From the NCBI GenBank assembly GCA_965249555.1, contig OZ252243.1, positions 672,001 to 736,000 on the forward strand: a stretch of DNA of 64,000 nt. Reading direction: 5' to 3'. Under the pieces are notes generated by a model. It was not told the origin of the DNA and ran no database searches. It saw only the letters and a program-made list of their open reading frames with translations. Both the position numbers and the translations under genes were made by a program. This document shows, piece after piece, positions 35,701 through 37,355 of this stretch (its first letter is position 1; each line of letters opens with the position of its first letter). Source of the stretch: Nitrosopumilus sp. (lineage in GTDB: Archaea > Thermoproteota > Nitrososphaeria > Nitrososphaerales > Nitrosopumilaceae).

Positions 35701-36997
35701 CAAACACAGGCTCACCAATTATAGAAAAAAGAAGGATATCCATACCAACTATGCCGATTCTTTCAGCATTATTTACTCGGTCAAAAATAAGAAGATCGGG
35801 AGTAATATCAAAGGTAGTGGCGCCGGGCGATAATGGGAAATTACCTAGCAATGTATCAACACCATTTTCAGTTATATAAAATGTATAAACATCGTTAGGA
35901 GATTCTACATTGCTCCAAGTTAATCTAATAGAATCGTCAGGTAATCTTTCAGCTGTTAAAGATGGTGGTAATGGAGGGGGTACTGCTGCAAACACAGGCT
36001 CACCAATTATAGAAGAAAGAAGGGACTCTTTACCAACTATGCCGATTCTTTCAGCATTATTTACTCGGTCAAAAATAAGAAGATCGGGAGTAATATCAAA
36101 GGTAGTAACACCAGGTGATAATGGGAAAGAATCTAGGCTTTTATCAACACCATCTTCAGTTATATAAAGTCCATAAACATTGTTAGGAGATTCTACATTG
36201 CTCCAAGTTAATCTAATAGAATCGTCAGGTAATCTTTCAGCTGTTAAAGATGGTAGTGGAACAAATGGTGTTGTTATTGTAGGTACTGCTGCAAACACAG
36301 GCTCACCAATTGTTATAGTAGACTCACTGGTCTCTTTGCCAACTAGGCCGATTCTTTCAGCATTGATTAATCTATCATAAAAGGGAGAAAGGGGAGTAAC
36401 AACAAATGTAGTAGCACCGGACAATAATATGAAATTAGATACTATTTCATCAACACCATCTTCAGTTAGATAAAGTCCATAAACATTGTTAGGAGATTCT
36501 ATATTGCTCCAAGTTAATCTAATAGAATCATCAGGTAATCTTTCAGCTGTTAAAGATGGTGGTGTTGTTGTTACAGGTGTTGCCATTGTAGGTACTGCAG
36601 TAAACACAGGCTCACCAATTATTGTAGAAGAAGAAGTGAGATAACCAACTATGCCGATTCTTTGAGCATTGACTAATCTCTCAAACTGGTTAAAAGCAGG
36701 AGTAAAATCAGTAGTGGTAACACCTTGTGATACTGGAGAAATAGTTACTATTTCATCAACACCATCTTCAGTTATATAAAATGTATAAACATTGTTAGGA
36801 GATTCTACATTACTCCAAGTTAATCGAATAGTACCATTAGGTAATAGTTCAGCTGTTAAAGATGGGTCGGGGTTAGTTTGAGCTTGAGCTTCTGCAACAC
36901 TTGCAAAGGTAAGTGATATGGTAAATAGTGCCACCAATACGAGGCAGAAAAATGGAAACTTGGTTGCTTGCAAAGGCAAGTTACATGACAGAGTCAC
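2714..36997 (-). CDS. Giant secreted surface/adhesin-like protein, 11,427 aa: signal peptide, 7 variable FN3-like domains, FN3/Ig region, long array of DUF5011/HYR-like and Big-like Ig domains, Nitrosopumilus-type C-terminal domain
   Basis: Uninterrupted ORF. Signal peptide TKFPFFCLVLVALFTISLTFASVAEAQ; DTTPPVIT/DTTAPVIT Ig linkers; Thr/Asp-rich. The true start is uncertain (GTG 36997, a TTG 8 codons downstream, or ATG 37019 if the G tract is G11). Confidence 0.9.
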   Translation of the reverse strand: MTLSCNLPLQATKFPFFCLVLVALFTISLTFASVAEAQAQTNPDPSLTAELLPNGTIRLTWSNVESPNNVYTFYITEDGVDEIVTISPVSQGVTTTDFTPAFNQFERLVNAQRIGIVGYLTSSSTIIGEPVFTAVPTMATPVTTTPPSLTAERLPDDSIRLTWSNIESPNNVYGLYLTEDGVDEIVSNFILLSGATTFVVTPLSPFYDRLINAERIGLVGKETSESTITIGEPVFAAVPTITTPFVPLPSLTAERLPDDSIRLTWSNVESPNNVYGLYITEDGVDKSLDSFPLSPGVTTFDITPDLLIFDRVNNAERIGIVGKESLLSSIIGEPVFAAVPPPLPPSLTAERLPDDSIRLTWSNVESPNDVYTFYITENGVDTLLGNFPLSPGATTFDITPDLLIFDRVNNAERIGIVGMDILLFSIIGEPVFAAVPTITTPFVSLPSLTAELLPNGNIRLTWSNVKSPSGMYELYITEDDVDEKLLVFILSQGVTTTDVTPLSPFYDRLINAQRIGIVGISPSYTLIIGELVFAAVPTITTPVTTSFASLPSLTAERLSDNYIRLTWSNIESPNDVYGLYITEDSVDTPLINFLLSPGVTSYDMDLDIPIFDRVNNAEKIGIVGISPSSSTIGELVFAAVPTITTPVTTSFASLPSLTAELLPNGNIRLTWSNVESSNGTYELYITEDGVDEVVSVFQLSQGVTTADFTPAFNHFERLVNAERIGIVGISFFPSSIIGEPVFTAVTTPKAPAIELDSFSVTPGFDDASASFTPLKSGTFTIGYGTDQTVSVIIDAVNTPSTTTVPVGYNYDNPVTLSFDSEIIGSVSVKTGPAPPALVQGAVTPTSVVITWTAQPGATGYELFRDDISIATPSDTSYTDETLTPESSYTYHATSTNDASQTSHPSDDLTVTTPKAPAVPAIEPGSFSVTPGFDDASATFVPLTSGTFTIGYDVDQTTTVEIAEDAVGVQLPPTTMPVGYNYRGDVTLSFDGDEIGRESITTPPAPPTLGAGAITPTSIEITWTAVDGANEYKLYRGDILLTTTGDTSYTETGLTPATSYTYYATSTNDISQTSVSSEDLIVTTPAAPTENPSLDDTEKPVITPTGSDTTIELTATDTYTEQGGTVTDNDPDYSETATPSGDTPDTSSIGVYTVLYDAPDDAAGNTPDQQSIVITVSDTTPPTFDVDGNTDDYSTTVPFGGTYAQGTIANAFDISGTAPGMVGGKTVNVNASGEYAVTYTVTDNNEQSRTITETVTVGPDVTPPVITVTPEEITLELDSPAPVLLDGVSTDDGSPITISGTVDVGTVGDYTITYSSTDGTNPAGDKTRTYKVTDTTPPPVPAITTPPATVGSTPITIDGTSTEAGATIQLFNGMTPAGTTTADDSGNFSFAGVELDEGGNSFTARASDGVNTSDPSPAVLITLDTTAPVITPTGSDTTIELTATDTYTEQGGTVTDNDPAYPGTVAVSGDTPDTSSIGVYTVLYDAPDDAAGNTPDQQSIVITVSDTTPPTFDVDGNTDDYSTTVPFGGTYTQGMIANAFDISGTAPGIVGGKTVNVNASGEYAVTYTVTDNNEQSRTITQTVTVGPDVTPPVITPTGSDTTIELTATDTYTEQGGTVTDNDPDYSETATPSGDTPDTSSIGVYTVLYDAPDDAAGNTPDQQSIVITVSDTTPPTFDVDGNTDDYSTTVPFGGTYAQGTIANAFDISGTAPGMVGGKTVNVNASGEYAVTYTVTDNNEQSRTITETVTVGPDVTPPVITVTPEEITLELDSPAPVLLDGVSTDDGSPITISGTVDVGTVGDYTITYSSTDGTNPAGDKTRTYKVTDTTPPPVPAITTPPATVGSTPITIDGTSTEAGATIQLFNGMTPAGTTTADDSGNFSFAGVELDEGGNSFTARASDGVNTSDPSPAVLITLDTTAPVITPTGSDTTIELTATDTYTEQGGTVTDNDPDYSETATPSGDTPDTSSIGVYTVLYDAPDDAAGNTPDQQSIVITVSDTTPPTFDVDGNTDDYSTTVPFGGTYAQGMIANAFDISGTAPGMVGGKTVNVNASGEYAVTYTVTDNNEQSRTITQTVTVGPDVTAPVITPTGSDTTIELTATDTYTEQGGTVTDNDPDYSETATPSGDTPDTSSIGVYTVLYDAPDDAAGNTPDQQSIVITVSDTTPPTFDVDGNTDDYSTTVPFGGTYAQGTIANAFDISGTAPGMVGGKTVNVNASGEYAVTYTVTDNNEQSRTITETVTVGPDVTPPVITVTPEEITLELDSPAPVLLDGVSTDDGSPITISGTVDVGTVGDYTITYSSTDGTNPAGDKTRTYKVTDTTPPPVPAITTPPATVGSTPITIDGTSTEAGATIQLFNGVTPAGTTTADDSGNFSFAGVELDEGGNSFTARASDGVNTSDPSPAVLITLDTTAPVITPTGSDTTIELTATDTYTEQGGTVTDNDPDYSETATPSGDTPDTSSIGVYTVLYDAPDDAAGNTPDQQSIVITVSDTTPPTFDVDGNTDDYSTTVSFGGTYTQGMIANAFDISGTAPGIVGGKTVNVNASGEYAVTYTVTDNNEQSRTITETVTVGPDVTAPVITPTGSDTTIELTATDTYTEQGGTVTDNDPDYSETATPSGDTPDTSSIGVYTVLYDAPDDAAGNTPDQQSIVITVSDTTPPTFDVDGNTDDYSTTVPFGGTYAQGTIANAFDISGTAPGMVGGKTVNVNASGEYAVTYTVTDNNEQSRTITETVTVGPDVTPPVITVTPEEITLELDSPAPVLLDGVSTDDGSPITISGTVDVGTVGDYTITYSSTDGTNPAGDKTRTYKVTDTTPPPVPAITTPPATVGSTPITIDGTSTEAGATIQLFNGVTPAGTTTADDSGNFSFAGVELDEGGNSFTARASDGVNTSDPSPAVLITLDTTAPVITPTGSDTTIELTATDTYTEQGGTVTDNDPDYSETATPSGDTPDTSSIGVYTVLYDAPDDAAGNTPDQQSIVITVSDTTPPTFDVDGNTDDYSTTVPFGGTYAQGTIANAFDISGIKSSTVGGKTVNVNASGEYAVTYTVTDNNEQSRTITETVTVGPDVTPPVITPTGSDTTIELTATDTYTEQGGTVTDNDPDYSETATPSGDTPDTSSIGVYTVLYDAPDDAAGNTPDQQSIVITVSDTTPPTFDVDGNTDDYSTTVPFGGTYAQGTIANAFDISGTAPGMVGGKTVNVNASGEYAVTYTVTDNNEQSRTITETVTVGPDVTPPVITVTPEEITLELDSPAPVLLDGVSTDDGSPITISGTVDVGTVGDYTITYSSTDGTNPAGDKTRTYKVTDTTPPPVPAITTPPATVGSTPITIDGTSTEAGATIQLFNGVTPAGTTTADDSGNFSFAGVELDEGGNSFTARASDGVNTSDPSPAVLITLDTTAPVITPTGSDTTIELTATDTYTEQGGTVTDNDPDYSETATPSGDTPDTSSIGVYTVLYDAPDDAAGNTPDQQSIVITVSDTTPPTFDVDGNTDDYSTTVPFGGTYAQGTIANAFDISGTAPGMVGGKTVNVNASGEYAVTYTVTDNNEQSRTITETVTVGPDVTAPVITPTGSDTTIELTATDTYTEQGGTVTDNDPDYSETATPSGDTPDTSSIGVYTVLYDAPDDAAGNTPDQQSIVITVSDTTPPTFDVDGNTDDYSTTVPFGGTYTQGTIANASDISGIKSSTVGGKTVNVNASGEYAVTYTVTDNNEQSRTITETVTVGPDVTPPVITPTGSDTTIELTATDTYTEQGGTVTDNDPDYSETATPSGDTPDTSSIGVYTVLYDAPDDAAGNTPDQQSIVITVSDTTPPTFDVDGNTDDYSTTVPFGGTYAQGTIANAFDISGTAPGMVGGKTVNVNASGEYAVTYTVTDNNEQSRTITQTVTVGPDVTPPVITVTPEEITLELDSPAPVLLDGVSTDDGSPITISGTVDVGTVGDYTITYSSTDGTNPAGDKTRTYKVTDTTPPPVPAITTPPATVGSTPITIDGTSTEAGATIQLFNGVTPAGTTTADDSGNFSFAGVELDEGGNSFTARATDGVNTSDPSPAVLITLDTIPPVITPTGSDTTIELTATDTYTEQGGTVTDNDPDYSETATPSGDTPDTSSIGVYTVLYDAPDDAAGNTPDQQSIVITVSDTTPPTFDVDGNTDDYSTTVPFGGTYTQGTIANASDISGIKSSTVGGKTVNVNASGEYAVTYTVTDNNEQSRTITETVTVGPDVTPPVITPTGSDTTIELTATDTYTEQGGTVTDNDPDYSETATPSGDTPDTSSIGVYTVLYDAPDDAAGNTPDQQSIVITVSDTTPPTFDVDGNTDDYSTTVPFGGTYAQGTIANAFDISGTAPGMVGGKTVNVNASGEYAVTYTVTDNNEQSRTITETVTVGPDVTPPVITVTPEEITLELDSPAPVLLDGVSTDDGSPITISGTVDVGTVGDYTITYSSTDGTNPAGDKTRTYKVTDTTPPPVPAITTPPATVGSTPITIDGTSTEAGATIQLFNGVTPAGTTTADDSGNFSFAGVELDEGGNSFTARATDGVNTSDPSPAVLITLDTIPPVITPTGSDTTIELTATDTYTEQGGTVTDNDPDYSETATPSGDTPDTSSIGVYTVLYDAPDDAAGNTPDQQSIVITVSDTTPPTFDVDGNTDDYSTTVPFGGTYTQGTIANASDISGIKSSTVGGKTVNVNASGEYAVTYTVTDNNEQSRTITETVTVGPDVTPPVITPTGSDTTIELTATDTYTEQGGTVTDNDPDYSETATPSGDTPDTSSIGVYTVLYDAPDDAAGNTPDQQSIVITVSDTTPPTFDVDGNTDDYSTTVPFGGTYTQGTIANAFDISGTAPGMVGGKTVNVNASGEYAVTYTVTDNNEQSRTITETVTVGPDVTPPVITVTPEEITLELDSPAPVLLDGVSTDDGSPITISGTVDVGTVGDYTITYSSTDGTNPAGDKTRTYKVTDTTPPPVPAITTPPATVGSTPITIDGTSTEAGATIQLFNGVTPAGTTTADDSGNFSFAGVELDEGGNSFTARATDGVNTSDPSPAVLITLDTIPPVITPTGSDTTIELTATDTYTEQGGTVTDNDPDYSETATPSGDTPDTSSIGVYTVLYDAPDDAAGNTPDQQSIVITVSDTTPPTFDVDGNTDDYSTTVPFGGTYTQGTIANASDISGIKSSTVGGKTVNVNASGEYAVTYTVTDNNEQSRTITETVTVGPDVTPPVITPTGSDTTIELTATDTYTEQGGTVTDNDPDYSETATPSGDTPDTSSIGVYTVLYDAPDDAAGNTPDQQSIVITVSDTTPPTFDVDGNTDDYSTTVPFGGTYTQGTIANAFDISGTAPGMVGGKTVNVNASGEYAVTYTVTDNNEQSRTITETVTVGPDVTPPVITVTPEEITLELDSPAPVLLDGVSTDDGSPITISGTVDVGTVGDYTITYSSTDGTNPAGDKTRTYKVTDTTPPPVPAITTPPATVGSTPITIDGTSTEAGATIQLFNGVTPAGTTTADDSGNFSFAGVELDEGGNSFTARATDGVNTSDPSPAVLITLDTIPPVITPTGSDTTIELTATDTYTEQGGTVTDNDPDYSETATPSGDTPDTSSIGVYTVLYDAPDDAAGNTPDQQSIVITVSDTTPPTFDVDGNTDDYSTTVPFGGTYTQGTIANASDISGIKSSTVGGKTVNVNASGEYAVTYTVTDNNEQSRTITETVTVGPDVTPPVITPTGSDTTIELTATDTYTEQGGTVTDNDPDYSETATPSGDTPDTSSIGVYTVLYDAPDDAAGNTPDQQSIVITVSDTTPPTFDVDGNTDDYSTTVPFGGTYAQGTIANAFDISGTAPGMVGGKTVNVNASGEYAVTYTVTDNNEQSRTITETVTVGPDVTPPVITVTPEEITLELDSPAPVLLDGVSTDDGSPITISGTVDVGTVGDYTITYSSTDGTNPAGDKTRTYKVTDTTPPPVPAITTPPATVGSTPITIDGTSTEAGATIQLFNGVTPAGTTTADDSGNFSFAGVELDEGGNSFTARATDGVNTSDPSPAVLITLDTIPPVITPTGSDTTIELTATDTYTEQGGTVTDNDPDYSETATPSGDTPDTSSIGVYTVLYDAPDDAAGNTPDQQSIVITVSDTTPPTFDVDGNTDDYSTTVPFGGTYTQGTIANASDISGIKSSTVGGKTVNVNASGEYAVTYTVTDNNEQSRTITETVTVGPDVTPPVITPTGSDTTIELTATDTYTEQGGTVTDNDPDYSETATPSGDTPDTSSIGVYTVLYDAPDDAAGNTPDQQSIVITVSDTTPPTFDVDGNTDDYSTTVPFGGTYAQGTIANAFDISGTAPGMVGGKTVNVNASGEYAVTYTVTDNNEQSRTITETVTVGPDVTPPVITVTPEEITLELDSPAPVLLDGVSTDDGSPITISGTVDVGTVGDYTITYSSTDGTNPAGDKTRTYKVTDTTPPPVPAITTPPATVGSTPITIDGTSTEAGATIQLFNGVTPAGTTTADDSGNFSFAGVELDEGGNSFTARATDGVNTSDPSPAVLITLDTIPPVITPTGSDTTIELTATDTYTEQGGTVTDNDPDYSETATPSGDTPDTSSIGVYTVLYDAPDDAAGNTPDQQSIVITVSDTTPPTFDVDGNTDDYSTTVPFGGTYTQGTIANASDISGIKSSTVGGKTVNVNASGEYAVTYTVTDNNEQSRTITETVTVGPDVTPPVITPTGSDTTIELTATDTYTEQGGTVTDNDPDYSETATPSGDTPDTSSIGVYTVLYDAPDDAAGNTPDQQSIVITVSDTTPPTFDVDGNTDDYSTTVPFGGTYTQGTIANAFDISGTAPGMVGGKTVNVNASGEYAVTYTVTDNNEQSRTITETVTVGPDVTPPVITVTPEEITLELDSPAPVLLDGVSTDDGSPITISGTVDVGTVGDYTITYSSTDGTNPAGDKTRTYKVTDTTPPPVPAITTPPATVGSTPITIDGTSTEAGATIQLFNGVTPAGTTTADDSGNFSFAGVELDEGGNSFTARATDGVNTSDPSPAVLITLDTIPPVITPTGSDTTIELTATDTYTEQGGTVTDNDPDYSETATPSGDTPDTSSIGVYTVLYDAPDDAAGNTPDQQSIVITVSDTTPPTFDVDGNTDDYSTTVPFGGTYTQGTIANASDISGIKSSTVGGKTVNVNASGEYAVTYTVTDNNEQSRTITETVTVGPDVTPPVITPTGSDTTIELTATDTYTEQGGTVTDNDPDYSETATPSGDTPDTSSIGVYTVLYDAPDDAAGNTPDQQSIVITVSDTTPPTFDVDGNTDDYSTTVPFGGTYAQGTIANAFDISGTAPGMVGGKTVNVNASGEYAVTYTVTDNNEQSRTITETVTVGPDVTPPVITVTPEEITLELDSPAPVLLDGVSTDDGSPITISGTVDVGTVGDYTITYSSTDGTNPAGDKTRTYKVTDTTPPPVPAITTPPATVGSTPITIDGTSTEAGATIQLFNGVTPAGTTTADDSGNFSFAGVELDEGGNSFTARATDGVNTSDPSPAVLITLDTIPPVITPTGSDTTIELTATDTYTEQGGTVTDNDPDYSETATPSGDTPDTSSIGVYTVLYDAPDDAAGNTPDQQSIVITVSDTTPPTFDVDGNTDDYSTTVPFGGTYAPGVINNQSDISGIKSSTVGGKTVNVNASGEYAVTYTVTDNNEQSRTITETVTVGPDVTPPVITPTGSDTTIELTATDTYTEQGGTVTDNDPDYSETATPSGDTPDTSSIGVYTVLYDAPDDAAGNTPDQQSIVITVSDTTPPTFDVDGNTDDYSTTVPFGGTYAQGTIANAFDISGTAPGMVGGKTVNVNASGEYAVTYTVTDNNEQSRTITETVTVGPDVTPPVITVTPEEITLELDSPAPVLLDGVSTDDGSPITISGTVDVGTVGDYTITYSSTDGTNPAGDKTRTYKVTDTTPPPVPAITTPPATVGSTPITIDGTSTEAGATIQLFNGVTPAGTTTADDSGNFSFAGVELDEGGNSFTARATDGVNTSDPSPAVLITLDTIPPVITPTGSDTTIELTATDTYTEQGGTVTDNDPDYSETATPSGDTPDTSSIGVYTVLYDAPDDAAGNTPDQQSIVITVSDTTPPTFDVDGNTDDYSTTVPFGGTYTQGTIANASDISGIKSSTVGGKTVNVNASGEYAVTYTVTDNNEQSRTITETVTVGPDVTPPVITPTGSDTTIELTATDTYTEQGGTVTDNDPDYSETATPSGDTPDTSSIGVYTVLYDAPDDAAGNTPDQQSIVITVSDTTPPTFDVDGNTDDYSTTVPFGGTYTQGTIANAFDISGTAPGMVGGKTVNVNASGEYAVTYTVTDNNEQSRTITETVTVGPDVTPPVITVTPEEITLELDSPAPVLLDGVSTDDGSPITISGTVDVGTVGDYTITYSSTDGTNPAGDKTRTYKVTDTTPPPVPAITTPPATVGSTPITIDGTSTEAGATIQLFNGVTPAGTTTADDSGNFSFAGVELDEGGNSFTARATDGVNTSDPSPAVLITLDTIPPVITPTGSDTTIELTATDTYTEQGGTVTDNDPDYSETATPSGDTPDTSSIGVYTVLYDAPDDAAGNTPDQQSIVITVSDTTPPTFDVDGNTDDYSTTVPFGGTYTPGVINNQSDISGIKSSTVGGKTVNVNASGEYAVTYTVTDNNEQSRTITETVTVGPDVTPPVITPTGSDTTIELTATDTYTEQGGTVTDNDPDYSETATPSGDTPDTSSIGVYTVLYDAPDDAAGNTPDQQSIVITVSDTTPPTFDVDGNTDDYSTTVPFGGTYAQGTIANAFDISGTAPGMVGGKTVNVNASGEYAVTYTVTDNNEQSRTITQTVTVGPDVTPPVITVTPEEITLELDSPAPVLLDGVSTDDGSPITISGTVDVGTVGDYTITYSSTDGTNPAGDKTRTYKVTDTTPPPVPAITTPPATVGSTPITIDGTSTEAGATIQLFNGVTPAGTTTADDSGNFSFAGVELDEGGNSFTARATDGVNTSDPSPAVLITLDTIPPVITPTGSDTTIELTATDTYTEQGGTVTDNDPDYSETATPSGDTPDTSSIGVYTVLYDAPDDAAGNTPDQQSIVITVSDTTPPTFDVDGNTDDYSTTVPFGGTYTQGTIANASDISGIKSSTVGGKTVNVNASGEYAVTYTVTDNNEQSRTITETVTVGPDVTPPVITPTGSDTTIELTATDTYTEQGGTVTDNDPDYSETATPSGDTPDTSSIGVYTVLYDAPDDAAGNTPDQQSIVITVSDTTPPTFDVDGNTDDYSTTVPFGGTYAQGTIANAFDISGTAPGMVGGKTVNVNASGEYAVTYTVTDNNEQSRTITETVTVGPDVTPPVITVTPEEITLELDSPAPVLLDGVSTDDGSPITISGTVDVGTVGDYTITYSSTDGTNPAGDKTRTYKVTDTTPPPVPAITTPPATVGSTPITIDGTSTEAGATIQLFNGVTPAGTTTADDSGNFSFAGVELDEGGNSFTARASDGVNTSDPSPAVLITLDTTAPVITPTGSDTTIELTATDTYTEQGGTVTDNDPAYPGTVAVSGDTPDTSSIGVYTVLYDAPDDAAGNTPDQQSIVITVSDTTPPTFDVDGNTDDYSTTVPFGGPYTQGVINNQSDISGIKSSTVGGKTVNVNASGEYAVTYTVTDNNEQSRTITETVTVGPDVTPPVITPTGSDTTIELTATDTYTEQGGTVTDNDPDYSETATPSGDTPDTSSIGVYTVLYDAPDDAAGNTPDQQSIVITVSDTTPPTFDVDGNTDDYSTTVPFGGPYTPGVINNQSDISGIKSSTVGDETVNVNASGEYAVTYTVTDNNGQVATITETVTVESDVTAPPVPAITTPPATVGASPITIDGGSTEAGATITLFNGATPAGTVTADGSGSFSFAGVVLDEGANSFTARASDGVNTSGPSPAIVITLDTIAPEAPIITTSPVTVGSSSFTIEGTAEAGTTVALLKGATSTGDTVAADSGSFSFTVTLTEGENSFTATASDGPNTSGASPAVLITLDTETPPVPAITTPSETVSLSSFTIEGTAEAGTTVELFNEGSTVDTITADGDGNFSFTVTLTDGENSFTATATDGPNTSASSSPVLITLDTIAPVITVDKDSFSVELGETYTAFTYSANDNTDGDITDNVVVGDTVDTSVANTYTVTFDVDDAAGNHAVTVTRTVTVTPDATVPTITVNEDSLSVELGGTYELFTFTANDNTDGIITGEVTVAGYPADTDTAGTYDVTFDVDDAVGNHAVTVARTVTVTDTTAPVITPAGSTQTIELTQTNTYTEQGAIVTDNDPVYTGTVAVTGATPDTRVVKEYTVLYNAPDDAAGNTPDEKSIVITVVDTTAPEAPEITTSPATVNTPSFTIEGTAEAGTTVALLKGATSTGDTVAADGDGNFSFTGVALDEGENSFTATASDGPNTSASSSPVLITLDTTAPEAPEITTSPATVNTPSITIEGTAEAGTTVELFKGGTSTGDTVTADSGSFSFTVTLTDGENSFTATASDGPNTSDASSPVLITLDTIPPEAPIITTPPATVNTPSFTIEGTAEAGTTVALLKGATSTGDTVTADSGSFSFTVTLTKGANSFTVTASDGPNTSASSSPILITLDTTAPAVPAITTPPATVNTPSITIDGTAEAGTTVELFRGGTTVDTVTADSGSFSFTVTLTDGENSFTATASDGPNTSAASPAIVITLDTIAPVITVDKDSFSVELGETYTAFTYSANDNTDGDITDNVVVGDTVDTSVDNTYNVTFDVDDAAGNHAVTVTRTVTVTADTTVPSITVNEESFSIELGETYTPFTFTATDNTDGVITDDVSVGGDTVDTSEVGTYDVTFDVDDAAGNPAVTVTRTVTVTADTTAPTLPDTEKPVITPAGSSEIIELTQTNTYTIPDATVTDNNQAYSGTVTVTGDTPDTSSIGEYTVLYDAPDDAAGNTPDQKSITITVVDTTAPTFDVDGHTVDYSTAVPFDGTYTPGVIANESDISGIASSLVGGETVNANTSRDYVVTYTVTDSNGQVATITETVTVESDTTAPPVPAIATSPAIVSSSPITIEGGSTEAGATIELFNGATPAGTVIADGSGNFSFTEVALDEGENSFTATASDGVNTSAASPSIVITLDTTAVGGTASVPSGTETPKKKGGDSNEWKTKPTFGKHWNNQAVQLVDDGFVFNGMPLTITNNWHTDFNMTSSIIGDNNTVHIKGYATNGLKSVSLSLGVPEVGLKTNAESHIIVNVNSNYTSPAGYDIADIVHEQKEGLVNQNMTGATISKVKCTSSDTAERCFDVTISFVIMAPLSHEVLAINAVDKQRYSTTTYINEGVEFVGEALLAAATHELKQKHGNQNPFETISLTQQDRRYQVWEDQYGYIWSQNDYGTWLQITRPDIQQRDDSPTSVMTRIHSNFANLVIDEQDRATLIFDSKAIQGTLDESFSYDMPLRLDRVSDPALLESLSIQEMLAREMLCDCMIYDDSDFSWND
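7630..33705 (-). repeat. Intragenic tandem array of 53 modules of 492 bp: 36 'AB' and 17 'CD' modules, mostly a 1476-bp (AB-AB-CD) period, with one extra AB near 26.1-26.6 kb
   Basis: Antisense shadow ORFs recur at exact 492/984/1476 offsets (7903, 8395, 9379...; 8556, 10032...24792, then 26760). Copies differ by only a few SNPs. Confidence 0.95.
34765..36865 (-). repeat. Seven ~95-100 aa FN3-like repeats with conserved framework and variable segments
   Basis: PSLTAE(L/R)LP...IRLTWSN(V/I)ES...YITEDGVD-[variable]-NA(E/Q)RIGIVG-[variable]-IGE(P/L)VF(A/T)AV occurs seven times. Confidence 0.9.
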
Positions 36998-37008
36998 CCC
37001 CCCCCCCC
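36997..37008 (-). promoter_or_regulatory. G12 homopolymer between an upstream ATG (37019) and the giant ORF; candidate phase-variation tract
   Basis: 12 consecutive C on the + strand in an otherwise AT-rich region. AT-rich TATA-like sequence lies at 37041-37060. Confidence 0.5.
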
Positions 37009-37075
37009 GGGCGGGGCATTAACGCAGTGAATAATATTTTTCATATAATATTATAAATAATTTAATTTATATAGT

Positions 37076-37348
37076 TTAAAATATCTGTCTGTGTTGTCTT
37101 TTTTGCTTTTTCCATTCAATGGAATTTTTTGATGGCGGAGAGCGTGCATTCTCATAATATGACAGTCTTTTTTGCAGTTCCTTGTTTGATTCTATGAGAT
37201 TCTCTATGATTAATTTTAGTTGTTTTATCTCTGCTTGTAGCTGTATGATGATTTTCTCATGACCACAACCTGACATGTTTTATATGATGATTTAGTTGAT
37301 CTTAGATCTTTTTGTGTAATGATATTGATTTGTGCGTGAAGGTTGATA
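37076..37348 (-). mobile_element. Truncated IS66-family element: left end plus first 66 codons of the transposase; its terminal IR is split by the IS110
   Basis: MSGCGHEKIIIQLQ...YYENARSPPSKNS is near-identical to the N-terminus of 62044..63393. The upstream sequence matches 61967-62043. The missing terminal CATAC reappears at 38678-38682. Confidence 0.9.
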
Positions 37349-37355
37349 ACTATAT

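Noticed and set aside
3681-36380. Dozens of plus-strand ORFs (69, 82, 119, 132 aa and others)
   Set aside because: Antisense shadows of the repetitive giant ORF; they recur only because the DNA repeats.
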